From: Mobula hypostoma
Taxonomy: Eukaryota
Assembly: GCF_963921235.1 (NCBI RefSeq)
Contig: NC_086097.1
Coordinates: 211,918,001 to 211,982,000 of the forward strand
Length of the DNA stretch: 64,000 nucleotides
Direction of reading: 5' to 3'
The position numbers were made by a program, and so were the translations under genes. Positions within the stretch are counted from its first letter, which is position 1; each line of letters begins with the position of its first letter. The notes beneath the pieces are model-generated. The model saw nothing but the letters and a program-made list of their open reading frames with translations, searched no databases and had not been told where the DNA came from. Positions 37,796-50,150 of this stretch are shown in pieces.

Positions 37796-40074
37796 GCATA
37801 AGATTCTGAACGTTTCCATTGTTATCCATTAATCAATACTGTTTGGCTTTTTAGAGTCATAGAAATGTACAGCATAGAAACAGGCCGATCGACCCATCTA
37901 TCCTAGTTCAAACTGCCTACTGTCATCCACCTACATTGGGACCATGGCCCTCCCTACCCCTACCATCCAAGTACCGATCCAGATTGGGTCTCCTCCTCTT
38001 TCCCCATCCATGCAATATAGACATCACCAGGGTGGTGGTGCTTCTTAATTTCAGTCCATTTATGTCACTTGGGATATTTCACCTGGAAAATATTGCACTG
38101 TAGATCATTTACATTCCTGAACCAACTGAGACTCCGAACAAAATTTGGCGCCTGTAGGAAAGCACAGAAGGAGGTCATTCATTTCCTCCGCTGTGCTGTA
38201 TACCTTCAAAAGAGAAATCCATTGTGTTGCACGCAAGTGCCTAAAACCTAGTTTGGTCTGAGCTTTCTAAATGTTTGTCCTTTCCAATGTAAGACTAACA
38301 TTTATTATCTATCCCTTTTGGCTCTTGAGGAAGTGGTTGTGAACCACATTCCGAACTGCTACAGTCCATCTCGTCAAGGTACTTCCACTTTGCTGTTAGA
38401 TTGGGGCTTTCAGGATTGAAACTCTGTTTCAATGAAAGAATGTTAGTGTACTTCCATACAAGGCCGGGCAAATGGAGGGCAACCTACCCGTGGCAGTGTT
38501 CATACACCTCCATGAGTAATTGGGAGATGCTGTTGATGTGGCATGGGTAAATACCATAACCACAGTGCGTTTTGAAGATTGTCGTCCCAGCAGCCACTGG
38601 ATTAGTGGTGGAAGAATAAATCCTTCAGTTGGTGAATGTGGTACCATTTAAGTGAGTTGCTTAGTCCAGCGTGATGTCAAGTTTCTTGAACATGTTGGAA
38701 CTACAGTCATGCAGAAAAGTGGACCATCCTCCTGACCTTTGCATTGAAATTTCTGGAAGGGATTTGGTTGTCAGGTGGGTAACTTGCAACAGAATATCAA
38801 ATCCATATACTGCCTTTGTAGCTTTGACAGTGATGTGATGCATATCATTTTCTTGTCAGGGATGATCTCAGAGGCTAAAAATGAAGGATTTGCTGACAAC
38901 ATTACCATTAATTGTCATGGGTAGGTAGCTTGGCTTCAAGAGAGAGAGCCGGTCATTGACAGCCATATGGCACAAATGTTACTGCTGTTTCTTAGCCTAT
39001 CTTGAATATTGTCTAGGTCTAGATGTTTCCATGCATTGAGTGCCTCATTTGTTGAAGAAGTGCAAGTACAATTGTACCTGTGGAATAGTAACTGAATGTT
39101 ACCACTTCTAACCTTATGGAGGAAATATCATTCAGGAAGCAGATGAAGGTTGTTGGCCCTCAGATAATCTGTTGAAGAACTTGGCTTTGGTATTCAGGGA
39201 TTGAGAGATATATACACAGATACCTATTGTAATTTATAGTTTCTATTATGTATTGAAATGTACTGCTCCGCCAAACAATAAATGTCCCAATATGTGCCAG
39301 TGATATTAAAGCTGATTCTGATTCTGTATGCCACAAAGCAACATTACTCCTAGCTTAGCAAACCTCGCAAAGTTCTCCCCAAAATTATTTTGGATTTTGC
39401 CAACACCAGCTGGCTCCAGGTCTCATCATCACTGGGTGAGGATACGTTCTACGGGCATCAAGAAGCATACACTCCAATGATTGGAATTATATCTTGCACA
39501 AGAATGGCTAAGATTGTTTGAAATCAAATATCTCAAATGTAATACATATATATAATATGTATGTAGTACCAAAAGAGGGAAAAATACTGAGGAAGTGTTC
39601 ATGCATTCATTGTCCATTTAGAAATCTGTTAGCAGAGGGGAAAAAGCTGTTCCTCAAACATTGAGTGTCTCTTCAGGCTCCTGTGCCTTCTCCTTGATGG
39701 TAGCAATGATGGGGGTCCTTAATGATGCCTTTTTTTTTGAGACATCGGCTTTTGATGGCTTCCTGGATGCTAGGGAGACTAGTACCCGTGATGGAGCTGG
39801 CTGAGTTTATAACTTAATTATTTATTTTTCTGAGCTCAAGCTGGTAAAACCTGAGTTACAGGCATAGCCAAGCACGCTCATTTGTCAATTGCTTGGAACT
39901 TTCAGTCTATTCTAGTGGTGTTCACTATTGTGGCTTTCTGGAGATTTACATAGATGTTGCTGTGTAACCCTAATTGTTTAATGCTATTGTGTAGTGCCTT
40001 TGGGATGACACCAGTTGTAGATATTACTATCGGGATAATGTGTATATATAGCCTGTCATGTTCCAAAGTCTTTC

Positions 40075-43000
40075 TTTCTTTTTAAATCTTTTTATTGAAT
40101 TAGTACACAAAAGGTAAAACATATAGAAACTAATACACTGTTGCGATATAAATTTACAAGTGTAGCCCCCCCGGCCACTCTCAGGGTCGCTCGGCTCGCT
40201 GTCATCTAGGGAAACAGCCTCGGCCCCTCCAAACTGGATAATTCATTTGTGTGGATGCTGTGTGAGGTACCCCACCCTGCCCAAATAACAGACAATACAC
40301 CAGATGCAATTAAATGATTTACAGTTTATAGATATTACTGGAACTATATAATTAAAAGAATAAAATATAAAAGGAAACTAAAAGGCGCCACACTTATCAA
40401 AGTTCAATCTCTTCGTGCACAAAAACCATTGGAGCTCAAGGACCTTCTTCTTCACCCTGCGACCCCCTCGGACCACCTCGACCGGCCGCCTGGGACCAAC
40501 AACGGTGGTCGACGAGACGCTCCACACGAGTCCGTCTCCGTCTCCTCACCGAACGTCCCGCTCGGGGTCCGACCCCGTTAGCGGACTCACAGCACCTCGT
40601 CCATCCTCTGTCTCGCTCTCCCGCCTTCTGCCCCAAAACCCCGTGCATACAGTATCTTCAAATACACCAAAACCATAACAACTATCCCAATTGGTTAATA
40701 GCACTCTCTTATCAGACTCTAAAGCAAAAACAAACTGTTAGCGCAAACTTTCTCAGTGTTTAACACAACAAAGCCGCATTCCCCAGATTAACATAACAAA
40801 GATGCCATTTTAATTAGCCTCCGCAGTAACATAAAAATCGAAACCCCCTTACACAAGAGATATTAATACTTTAAAAAACAATACAAACAGTGCAGTTTAG
40901 TTATAAAATAACGAGGTAATATAGTAGTATACTAATTTTTCATATAAATAAAGAGAAGAAAAAACCCAAAAAAAAACCCACCGTGCAACTAACCTAAAAA
41001 GCAAAGCAAAACAATGGGCTAACTAGGTACCAAGTAGACTTAAACAACTTAAACAATCACGTCCTCAAACCCGACCTCCATTAATAACAGTTAAAAACCA
41101 AGAAGGGAATGTAAATATGGTCAAAGAGAAAAAAAAAGTTACACATTAAATGAAAATGTTAAATAAAAGATCTCCAGGTCTGTTCAAATTTAACTGAAGT
41201 ATCATAAAGATTACTTCTGATTTTTTCCAAATTTAAACATAGTATCGTTTGAGAGAACCAAAAAAAGGTAGTTGGGGCATTAATCTCCTTCCAATGTTGT
41301 AAAATACATCTTTTCGCCATTAAACTGAGAAATGCAATCATTCTATGGGCTGAAGGGGAAAGATTACTGGAGGTTTTAGGTAATCCAAAGATAGCAGTAA
41401 TAGGATGGGGAGAAATATCTATATTCAATACCTTTGAGATAATATTAAAAATGTCTTTCCAAAAAGTGTCCAGAGTAAGACAGGATCAAAACATGTGAGT
41501 TAAGGAAGCTATCTCCCCATCTATCACAAAGAGAGTTAACATGAGAGTAAAAACGAGCTAATTTATCTTTAGACATATGTGCTCTATGAACAACTTTAAA
41601 TTGAATTAGGGAATGTTTGGAACAGATAGAGGAAGTATTGACTAGTTGTAAAATATGCGCCCAGTCATCCGCCAAAATTCCAAAAATAAAGCCCAATTCT
41701 TTTTCCCAGTCGGACCTAATCTTATCGAATGGAGCTATCCAAGTTTCATGATAGTATTATAAATAATAGCCGTTACACCTTTCTGACACGGGTTAAGGTT
41801 AATTATAGTATCTAACATATTTGTAGGGGTTAATGCCGGAAAGGAAGAAAGTATGGTACTTGGGAAATTTCTAATTTGCAGATATCTTAAAAAAATGTAT
41901 TCTTGGTAAGTTACATTTGTTAGATAACTGTTCAAAAGACATAAGGGAGCCATCTGAAAATAAATCCAAAACCCGTGATATACCATTGGTCTTCCAAATT
42001 TGTAGAGGAAGGAGGAAAGAATATATTGCCTAAAATAGGAATCGCTAGCACAAATTGATTAAGATCAAAAAATTTTTGGAATTGAAACCAGATGCGTAAG
42101 GTATCTTTAACTATCGGGTTACAAACCTGTTTATGGCATTTCAAATCGAAAGGAAGAGAAGAACCTAAAATGGAGCCAAGTTCGTAACCTTGAGCAGATT
42201 GTAATTCTAATACTACCCATTTAGGAATGGATAGTGTGTCTTGGTCAAGTAACCAAAATTTCATGTGTCGAATATTAATTGCCCAGTAATAAAATCTAAA
42301 ATTAGGTAATGCCAAGCCTCCATCTCTCTTAGCTTTCTGTAGATGTATTCTACCCAGTCTTGGGTTTTTATTTTGCCAAATAAATGAAGAAATTTTAGAG
42401 TCAACTTTGTCAAAAAAGGATTTTGGAACAAAAATCGGTAATGCCTGAAATATATATAAAAATTTTGGCAGAATAAACATTTTAACAGCATTAATACGAC
42501 CAATCAAAGTTAAATAAAGTGGAGACCATTTAAAGGAAAGTTGTGTAATGTCAATTAAGGGTAGGAAATTAGTCTTAAATAAATCCTTATGTTTACAGGT
42601 AATTTTAATCCCAAGATATGAAAAATGATTATTAACCAATTTAAACAGCAGGTTCTGATATAAGGGAACTTGCTTATTAATCAGGAAAAGTTCACTCTTA
42701 TTGAGAGTTAACTTATAACCTGAAAAAACACTAAATTGTGCTAATAAATCTAAAGCTGCAGGAATAGATTTTTGAGGATTAGAAATATATAAAAGTAAGT
42801 CATCAGCATAAAGTGATACTTTATGAGACTTTAAACCACGAGTTATACCAATAATGTTAGGAGATTCCTCGAATAGCAATTGCAAGATGTTCTAAAGCTA
42901 TATCAAATAATAAAGGACTAAGAGGACAACCTTGTCTGGTACCTCGAAAAAGAGGAAAAAAGGGTAAATTTAAAGTGTTAGTATGAACTGAGGCCATAGG

Positions 43001-46000
43001 AGAATGGTATAACAATTTGATCCAGGATATAAATTTTGGGCTGAAGTTAAACATTTCAAGCACCTTAACTAAGTAAGGACTTTCGACCCTGTCAAAGGCT
43101 TTTTCAGCACCTAGGGAAATGACACATTCAAGGTCATTTTGTGACGGGGTATAGACAATGTTTAAAAGTGTACGAATATTATAAAAAGAATAACGATTCT
43201 TAATAAAACCCGTTTGGTCTTCCGAGATAATACAAGGAAGTGCTTTTTCTAGCCTATTTGCTAATAATTCTGAAAAAATTTTAGAGTCAACATTTAACAA
43301 GGATATTGGTCTATAAGATGCACATTGAGCGGGGTCTTTAATATTAAAGAGATCGATGCTCTATAAAAGGTTTCGGGTAGTTTACCAAGTTTTAATGAGG
43401 CCTCCAGAACCCTGAATAGCCAGGAGATTAATGAGGATGCAAAAAATTTTAAAAGTTCCACGGTAAACCCATCAGGACCAGGAGCTTTCCCCGAGTTCAT
43501 AGAAAAAATAACATTCTTAATCTCATCAGTGGTAAAAGAAGTGTCTAACATAGAACATATATCATGTGAAATCTTAGGGAAGTCTAGGTTATCGGAAAAG
43601 TCACACATATGTTTAGAATCTCGAGGAGACTCTGATTAATATAAAGAGGAATAAAAGTCAAAAAAGGATTGATTAATCTCAGCTTGATCAAATGTCAGTT
43701 GACCTTTTTGATTATAAATCTGATTAATTTGAAATTTAGTAGAGTTAGTCTTCAACTGGTTAGCCAACAGTTTACCAACATTGTCACTATGTATATAAAA
43801 TTCGCTTCTTGTTTTCATTAATTGATTTGCAGTAGAGGACGAAAGTAATAAACTGTGTTCCATTTGATTGTTCCGATTGAACTGGAGGTAACTATGCAAG
43901 CTATATCGGATCTGATTAGTGTGGAAATTTCATCTAAACTGGAGAGAATCATCGATGAAATTGAAATTGAAAAAATGAAAGCATCTATCACGGAACATCA
44001 GACTGCTATATCTAATCTCCAAGTTTCCACGCAACAGAATGAACTCAAGTTGGGGAAAATTGAAGAAACAATTAGTACAATGAAGAAAAAACTTGACTTT
44101 CTTACCTTTAAAAATTCTGATTTAGAATGTAGAATGAGACGTCAAAATATAAGAATTATTGGTCTTCATGAAGCTGCCGAATCTGATGACTCTATAAAGT
44201 TTTTCTCTCAACTTTTAAAAGATTCATTTCCCACCTTATTTCCTGATCAACCACCACTATTGGATAGGGCTCACAGAGTCCCATTATAGTCGCCTAAGTC
44301 AGATAAACCTCGGCATGTTATTTTACAATTTCATTATTTTCAAGACAAGGAGAAGCTGCTTCGCTTTGCTCGACCTAAAGGCTATATTGATTTCTCGGAT
44401 CTCCGCTTTCAATTGGTGGAGGATTTTAGTAAACAGGTTCACGATCAACGTGTCCGTTACAGATCTGTGATGTCGGAATACATCAAGATGGATTTAAAAC
44501 CAGTGTTGCTTTATCCTGCACGTTTGAGGATTCGATTGATGGGTCTTCCCGTTTTTTCGACTCTCCGTCGGAAGCCCAGAGTTACCTGGATCAACATTTG
44601 CCTTCAACATCCTAATCACACTATTAAATCATCTCTGATCGGAGGCTGTTAATCTGTTGGGTTTAATTTCTTTCTTTTGCTCTATATAAGGGCAGAAATG
44701 TTTTTTTTCGGTTTAATTAATATGGTTGCCAAACTTTTTTTTTAACTGCGTCATTTCTTTCTTCTTCCCTGGGGATTCTGGGTGGCCATTCCCACAGCAT
44801 CATTTTACATACATACCTGGAGGCCTTAAACTTTGTAGTTTTTGTAGTTTTTTTGGCTGGTCTATGCTGATATTTCATTTTCTTGTTTAATTATACGGTC
44901 TGTTGTAGGTTAACGGTTTTCTTTATATATACCTGTTTTTTTCTTTGTATTATATCATTTTCATTTTAATCGGTGTACTTTTTTTTACTCTTACGTTTTT
45001 TATAACTTTAGTTGATCTTTCTATATATACACTTTTTAAGTGAGCGTCTATCGGAAGTCATGGGGGTAGATCTAGTGCTTGCTTTCTGGCTAGTCTATCT
45101 TAGATTTAGCTTTGGGGTTACGGGGTGGGGGGTGGGGGGCTTCACTTTTTAGGTTTTCTTTCTTCTTGGGCTACTTATATTGAAGTATTTGTCGCGTCCT
45201 CTTTCTCAATATCTCATGTTTACTCTGTTCCCTTTCCGGGTTCGTGGGTCGAACCTATTGTCAATCCTCCCTTATTTGAGGGTTGACTTTAGGGATTATG
45301 GGGTCTACTATTAATTTTGTCTCTTGGAATACTAACGGTCTTAATCATCCAATTAAAAGGAAAAAAATCTTTAAAGTATTCCAGAGACTTAAAGCACATA
45401 TTCTATTTTTACAAGAGACCCATGTGCAGAGGGGGGACAAATTACGTTTTTTTTTAAGTTCTGGAAGCGTCAACACTATCATTCGAATTCCAACGCCAAA
45501 ATTAGAGGAGTTTCTATTTTTATAGATCCCTTAATCACTTTTGTGCAACACGATATTATTTCTGATCCGAATGGTAGATTTTTACTGGTTAGTGGTTTAC
45601 TCTTTAATAAAAAGGTAGTTTTGGTTAACGTCTATGCTCCAAACTTGGACTGTCCAGAAATTTATTAATCATTATTTAATTTGTTCCCGAATTTGAATGA
45701 GTTTTCACTAATCTGGGGCGGAGATCTTAATACTTGTTTATCCCCATTATTGGACCGTTCGGCTCCTATACGGACTCTACCCAATAAATCTGCAACCTTG
45801 ATTAATTCATTTCTCTCAGATTCAGGGTCAACGGACATTTGGTGATTTTTGCATCCGCAGGAAAAAGACTTCTCTTTTTTTTCACATGTTCATTGCTCCT
45901 ATTCAAGAATTGATTATTTTTTTATTGACTCTCGTCTTACTTCTTCAGTGGTTAAATGTGAATATGACTCTATAACCATTTCGGACCATGCTCCACTTAA

Positions 46001-46327
46001 GCTTTCTATTAAAATATTGGCCAATACACAAAATAATAGACAATGGCGTTTTAATTCGCTGTTGCTTCAGGACATGGAGTTTGTTAACTTTATGAATGAA
46101 TAGATTGATTTTGCTTTACAATTAACTGTACAGAAGATATATCCATGAACACCCTTTGGGATACTTCTAAAGCTTATATTCGTGGTCAGATCATTTCGTA
46201 CTCTGCTGCTTTGAGGAAAAGGTTGAACTAGGAGGAGCTGGTTCTTGTGGACAAGATTAAGGAAATTGATAAGAAATATGCTACAGCTCCCTCTGAGAAG
46301 TTGTGTAAACAAAGAACTGAACTTCAA
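40075..46327 (-). mobile_element. L1/Tx1-clade LINE, about 5.5 kb, with a 2.5-kb 5' inversion
   Basis: The - strand 40075-43866 carries the 3' UTR, zinc finger and RT (KAPGPDG, AEKAFDRV, GTRQGCPLSP, LYADD). The + strand 43867-46327 carries ORF1 (RRQNIRIIGL, DRAHR) and the endonuclease (SWNTNGL, LQETH, SRIDYF, SDHAP). 17-bp TSD atgttccaaagtctttc at 40058-40074 and 46328-46344. Confidence 0.92.
40161..40853. mobile_element. Solo LTR nested in the L1 3' UTR
   Basis: TGTAG...TTACA termini; 4-bp TSD caag at 40157-40160 and 40854-40857; GC- and CpG-rich core. Confidence 0.82.
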
Positions 46328-47269
46328 ATGTTCCAAAGTCTTTCAACTTATTATTTCTTTCTTTTTGTATTTGCACAATTTGTTGTCTTTTTTACACTGG
46401 TTGAACACCCAGTTTGTGTGATCTTTCATTGATTCTATTATGGGTTTATTGAGTATGCCTACTAGAAAATGAATCTCATGGTTGTATATGGTGACAGACA
46501 TAAACTTTGCTGATAAATTTACTTCAGACTTTGAGCCTGATGTCATTATTACTGTTGTCCAGGTGATCCAATGACGAGTGGGGAACCAGTGAGATTGCAT
46601 AAGTCATGGGTCAGAATAGGCAATATGCAGATTGCAGTGGGTCCAGGTCCTTGCTTAGGCAGGAGTTGATTCTGGCTATGCCCAGTCTCTCAAAGCGCTT
46701 CGTCACAGTAGATATGAGAGCCACTGGCAGAAAGTGGCTGAGCTTACTCATCCTGCTCTTCTTGGACACTAGTATGATTGTTGCCCCTGAAAGAGAAAGA
46801 ACAGTTATTCCACTGTAAATCACCTGGAATGATTGGCAGGTCGTTGTGATTATTTTATAAAAGTAGCCTAATATCTTCAGTTTCATTCAGCATCAAACTT
46901 TACTCACATTTTCTACCAGTGTTTGTGACTTCTATGACGTCAGCTCATTTCTTCAATTTTGTGGAGTTTAGAGGTCTGAGTGATAAGATGGGATTTATGG
47001 GCACTTTTTTCTCTTTTTAAAAAAAAAGTCATGTGGTGCCAATGTGGAGCAGGTATTCAGTTGAGGTCATACTCTACACTGCTCATTAATCCAGCAATTG
47101 AGTAATGTTATCTTTAGTCTCCAATTTGTCTTGATAGCAATTAATTCAGAAGTTCATGAAACATTTTGGACCTGTAGTAATGTGCATTATTTTAATCAAC
47201 AATGTCTTTGTATCAACTGGAACCCTCTTGGAGATGTATCAACTGGAACCCTCTTTGCTGACCACAGAT

Positions 47270-48740
47270 GAGTTGTCAGATGAGTTGAAGGCAACAAATG
47301 TGAAATCTTTTTTCAAGAAACAAAGTTAGGTCATTATAAGCCAGTTAATTTATTATCAGTGGTGGTGAAATTACTGGAAAAATAATTCTGAAGAGCAAGA
47401 TTAATCATCACTTGGAAAGGCAAAAATTGACCTGAGATAATCAACTTTGCAGGTGGGAGAATCTGTCAATTTGGAATTTATTTTAATGAGGACACCATGA
47501 TTGATGTGATTTACATAGAGTTCAGTAAAAGATTGACAAGGTACCAAATGGATCAAGAACTAAGAGCCCATGGGATCCATGTCATGTTGGTAAATTGGAT
47601 TCAAAACTGGCTTGGTAATAGAAGAAGGTTAATTTTGGAGGGTTGGTTTTGTCTTTGGAAGCCTGTGATCAATCGTGTACCACAGGGTTTGATGCTGGGA
47701 TTCTTGTTAATGACTTAGATGTGAATGTAGAAAGTATGTTTAGTAAAATTCACAAAATACACAAAACTTAGTCTAATATTAATGATGAGGATAGTCTGAG
47801 GGTGTAGGATGATATTAATTAGCTAGTAAAAAGGGTTGAGAAATTGTTTATTTAATCCTAGTAAGTATAAGGTGATGTATTTTTGGGAGCCTTATAAGGT
47901 TTGGAAATATACTGTGAATGTTAGGACAATAAGGAAGATTAAAGAATAAAAGGCCCTTGGTGAAATCAACAAGCAAGAGAAAATCTGCAGATGCTGGAAA
48001 TCCAAGCAACACACACAAAATGCTGGAAAAGACTACAGTTGACATTTTGCACAAGTTCAGCAGGACGAAGGGTCTCACCCCGAAACATCGACTATACTCT
48101 TTTCCATAGATGCTGACTGGCCTGCTGAGCATTTTGTGTGTGTTGTTGGTGAAATCAAAGTATTGTTTGAACATATAGAGTAAATGGCAGGGGCCTTAGA
48201 AGCTTTGATGTACATGAGGCCTTGGGGTGCAAGGCTATAGCTCACATTAGAGCAGCAGGAGAGATTCGGCAGGTTATTGCTTGGCATAGAGGGTTGTAAT
48301 TATAAAGAGTGGTTGGATAAGTTGGATTTCTTAGTGGAATATAGAACGTAGATGGGTGACCTGTCAAAGTTTATAAAATTCTGAAGGGCACGGATAGGAT
48401 AAATAGTCTCTTTCTCAAGTCAGCGAGTATAACCAATTTCCCCCGGGATCAATAAAGTATGACTATGACTATAAAACTAGAGGACACAGGTTTAAGATGA
48501 GAGCAGAGAAACTTAAAGAAGATCTGAGCAGCTAGGTTTGTCACACACAGGGCGGTGTTTTTTTTTGGAAAGAGCTGCCAGAGGTGGTGATAGATGCAGA
48601 CACAATGATATTTAAATGATATTTTGGAAGTTATTTAGGAAGGGTATAGAAGCATATGGACATGAGATTTGTGTAGATAAGCTTTGCGGTATGCATACAT
48701 ATGGTGGAGTAAAAGGGTCTGCCTGTGATCTGTGATTCAG
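47270..48740 (+). mobile_element. Highly decayed CR1 RT and 3' end with two nested insertions
   Basis: ORF 47497..47718 (WIQNWLGNRR...VPQG). Confidence 0.7.
47970..48145. mobile_element. Penelope-derived fold-back mini-element
   Basis: 13-bp TSD ttggtgaaatcaa at 47957-47969 and 48146-48158; decayed hammerhead gacga-agggtctcacccc-gaaacatc-gact. Confidence 0.8.
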
Positions 48741-49116
48741 GGATACAAGTTCAGACCTCCCTTAATGTGACGCCAAAGGTCCATAGGGTGATGAAGAAGA
48801 CATATGGATTTGTTGCCTTCATTCTCTCTTAATGAGACTGATATCATTGCAGATATATTCATGTGATGTCATCCACGACCTGCCTATTCTGGCTCAGTGT
48901 AATGAATATAGCTCTGAAAAGGTAATGGATGATTTTGTCCAATGACTTGTTCATTTCAAAATGAATTGATTGCTAATACATATTTTGTTTGAGACTTTAA
49001 GAGTTAAGAAGAACAACCTATTAGTCCAAGCCAGTCCTTAAGAGTGGAAGTAAAGAATATACTATTCCTGGCACATTTCCTCATTCAGCGGATTTGTCCC
49101 TGAATATCAAGCAGTT

Positions 49117-49840
49117 AGACCATAAGACATAGGAGCAGAATTAGGCCATTCGGCCTTCTGAGTCTGCTGCACTATTCCATCATAGTTGACTTATTATTCC
49201 TCTCAGATAAAAGGCCCAAAATTGCTCACAAAATTCCAAATCTGGTCTGACCAATGCCTATAAAGCATCAGCATTACATTATTGCTGTTATATTCTAGTC
49301 CTCTTGAAATGAATGCTAACATCGCACATGCCTTTCTGATGAAGGGTCTCGGCCTGAAACGTCGACTGCACCTCTTCCTAGAGATGCTGCCTGGCCTGCT
49401 GCGTTCACCAGCAACTTTGATGTGTGTTACTTGCCTTTCTTACCACTTACTCAACCCACATGTTAACCTTTAGGCAATCCTGCATGAGGACTCCCAAATC
49501 CTTTTGCATCTCTAATGTTTGAATTTTCTCTCCATTTAGAAAATAATCTCACCTTTATTCCTTCTACCAAAGTAGATGACTATACACTTCCCTACTCTAT
49601 ATTCCATCTGACTGTTCTTTAGACATTCTCCCAATCCTAATTCCTCAACATGACCTGCCTCTCCATCTGTCTTCGTATCCCCTTCAAACTTGGCCACAAA
49701 GCCATCAATTCCATCATCCAAATCATTGGCATATAGCGTGAAAAGAAGCAGTCCCAACACTGACCCCTGTGGAACACCACTCGGCAGCCAATCGGTAAAG
49801 GCCCCCTTTATTCCCACTCTGTGCCTCCTGCCAGTCACCC
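49117..49840 (-). mobile_element. CR1 fragment with an internal deletion
   Basis: ORF 49536..49850 (SGVPQGSVLG...NDLDDG); accataagacatagg tail. Confidence 0.8.
49329..49370 (+). ncRNA. Hammerhead motif with an intact core, in a 94-bp Penelope insertion (49338-49431)
   Basis: CUGAUGA-AGGGUCUCGGCCU-GAAA-C-GUC-GACUGCA; 9-bp TSD tgcctttct at 49329-49337 and 49432-49440. Confidence 0.6.
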
Positions 49841-49987
49841 TGTATTCCATCTACACTGGTATCTTCGGATGTCAGTTCTGGTGTAATAGATTTTTGGATT
49901 GGATGCACTTATCAATTTTTTTCCTTCAGTAAATTTTGATAGTTCCTGAACTTGTGAATTAATCAGAATATGTTGTTTTAATTACAG

Positions 49988-50150
49988 AATTAGTGATATC
50001 CGCCAGTTTATTATTCAACATCATCCTGTCTTTGCCACTTCCTCCTTTGTACTGATGACCACATTTCCAAATAAAGAACTGACAGATGAAGAGCAAACTC
50101 TGCAAGAAGCCAATTTGCTAAATGCGGTGATTGTTCAGCGTTTGAAGTAA
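49988..50150 (+). CDS. UBXN2B: Last coding exon, UBX C-terminus, [53 protein letters not shown]
   Basis: Acceptor ttttaattacag|; 163 nt ending in TAA at 50148-50150; FPNKEL UBX loop. Confidence 0.93.

Noticed and set aside
40415..40678. GC-rich ORFs or CpG island of a nested gene
   Set aside because: They lie inside the solo LTR bounded by TG...CA and a TSD.
47209..47255. CRISPR-like direct repeat
   Set aside because: Only two copies with a 5-nt gap, no cas genes, and a eukaryotic context.
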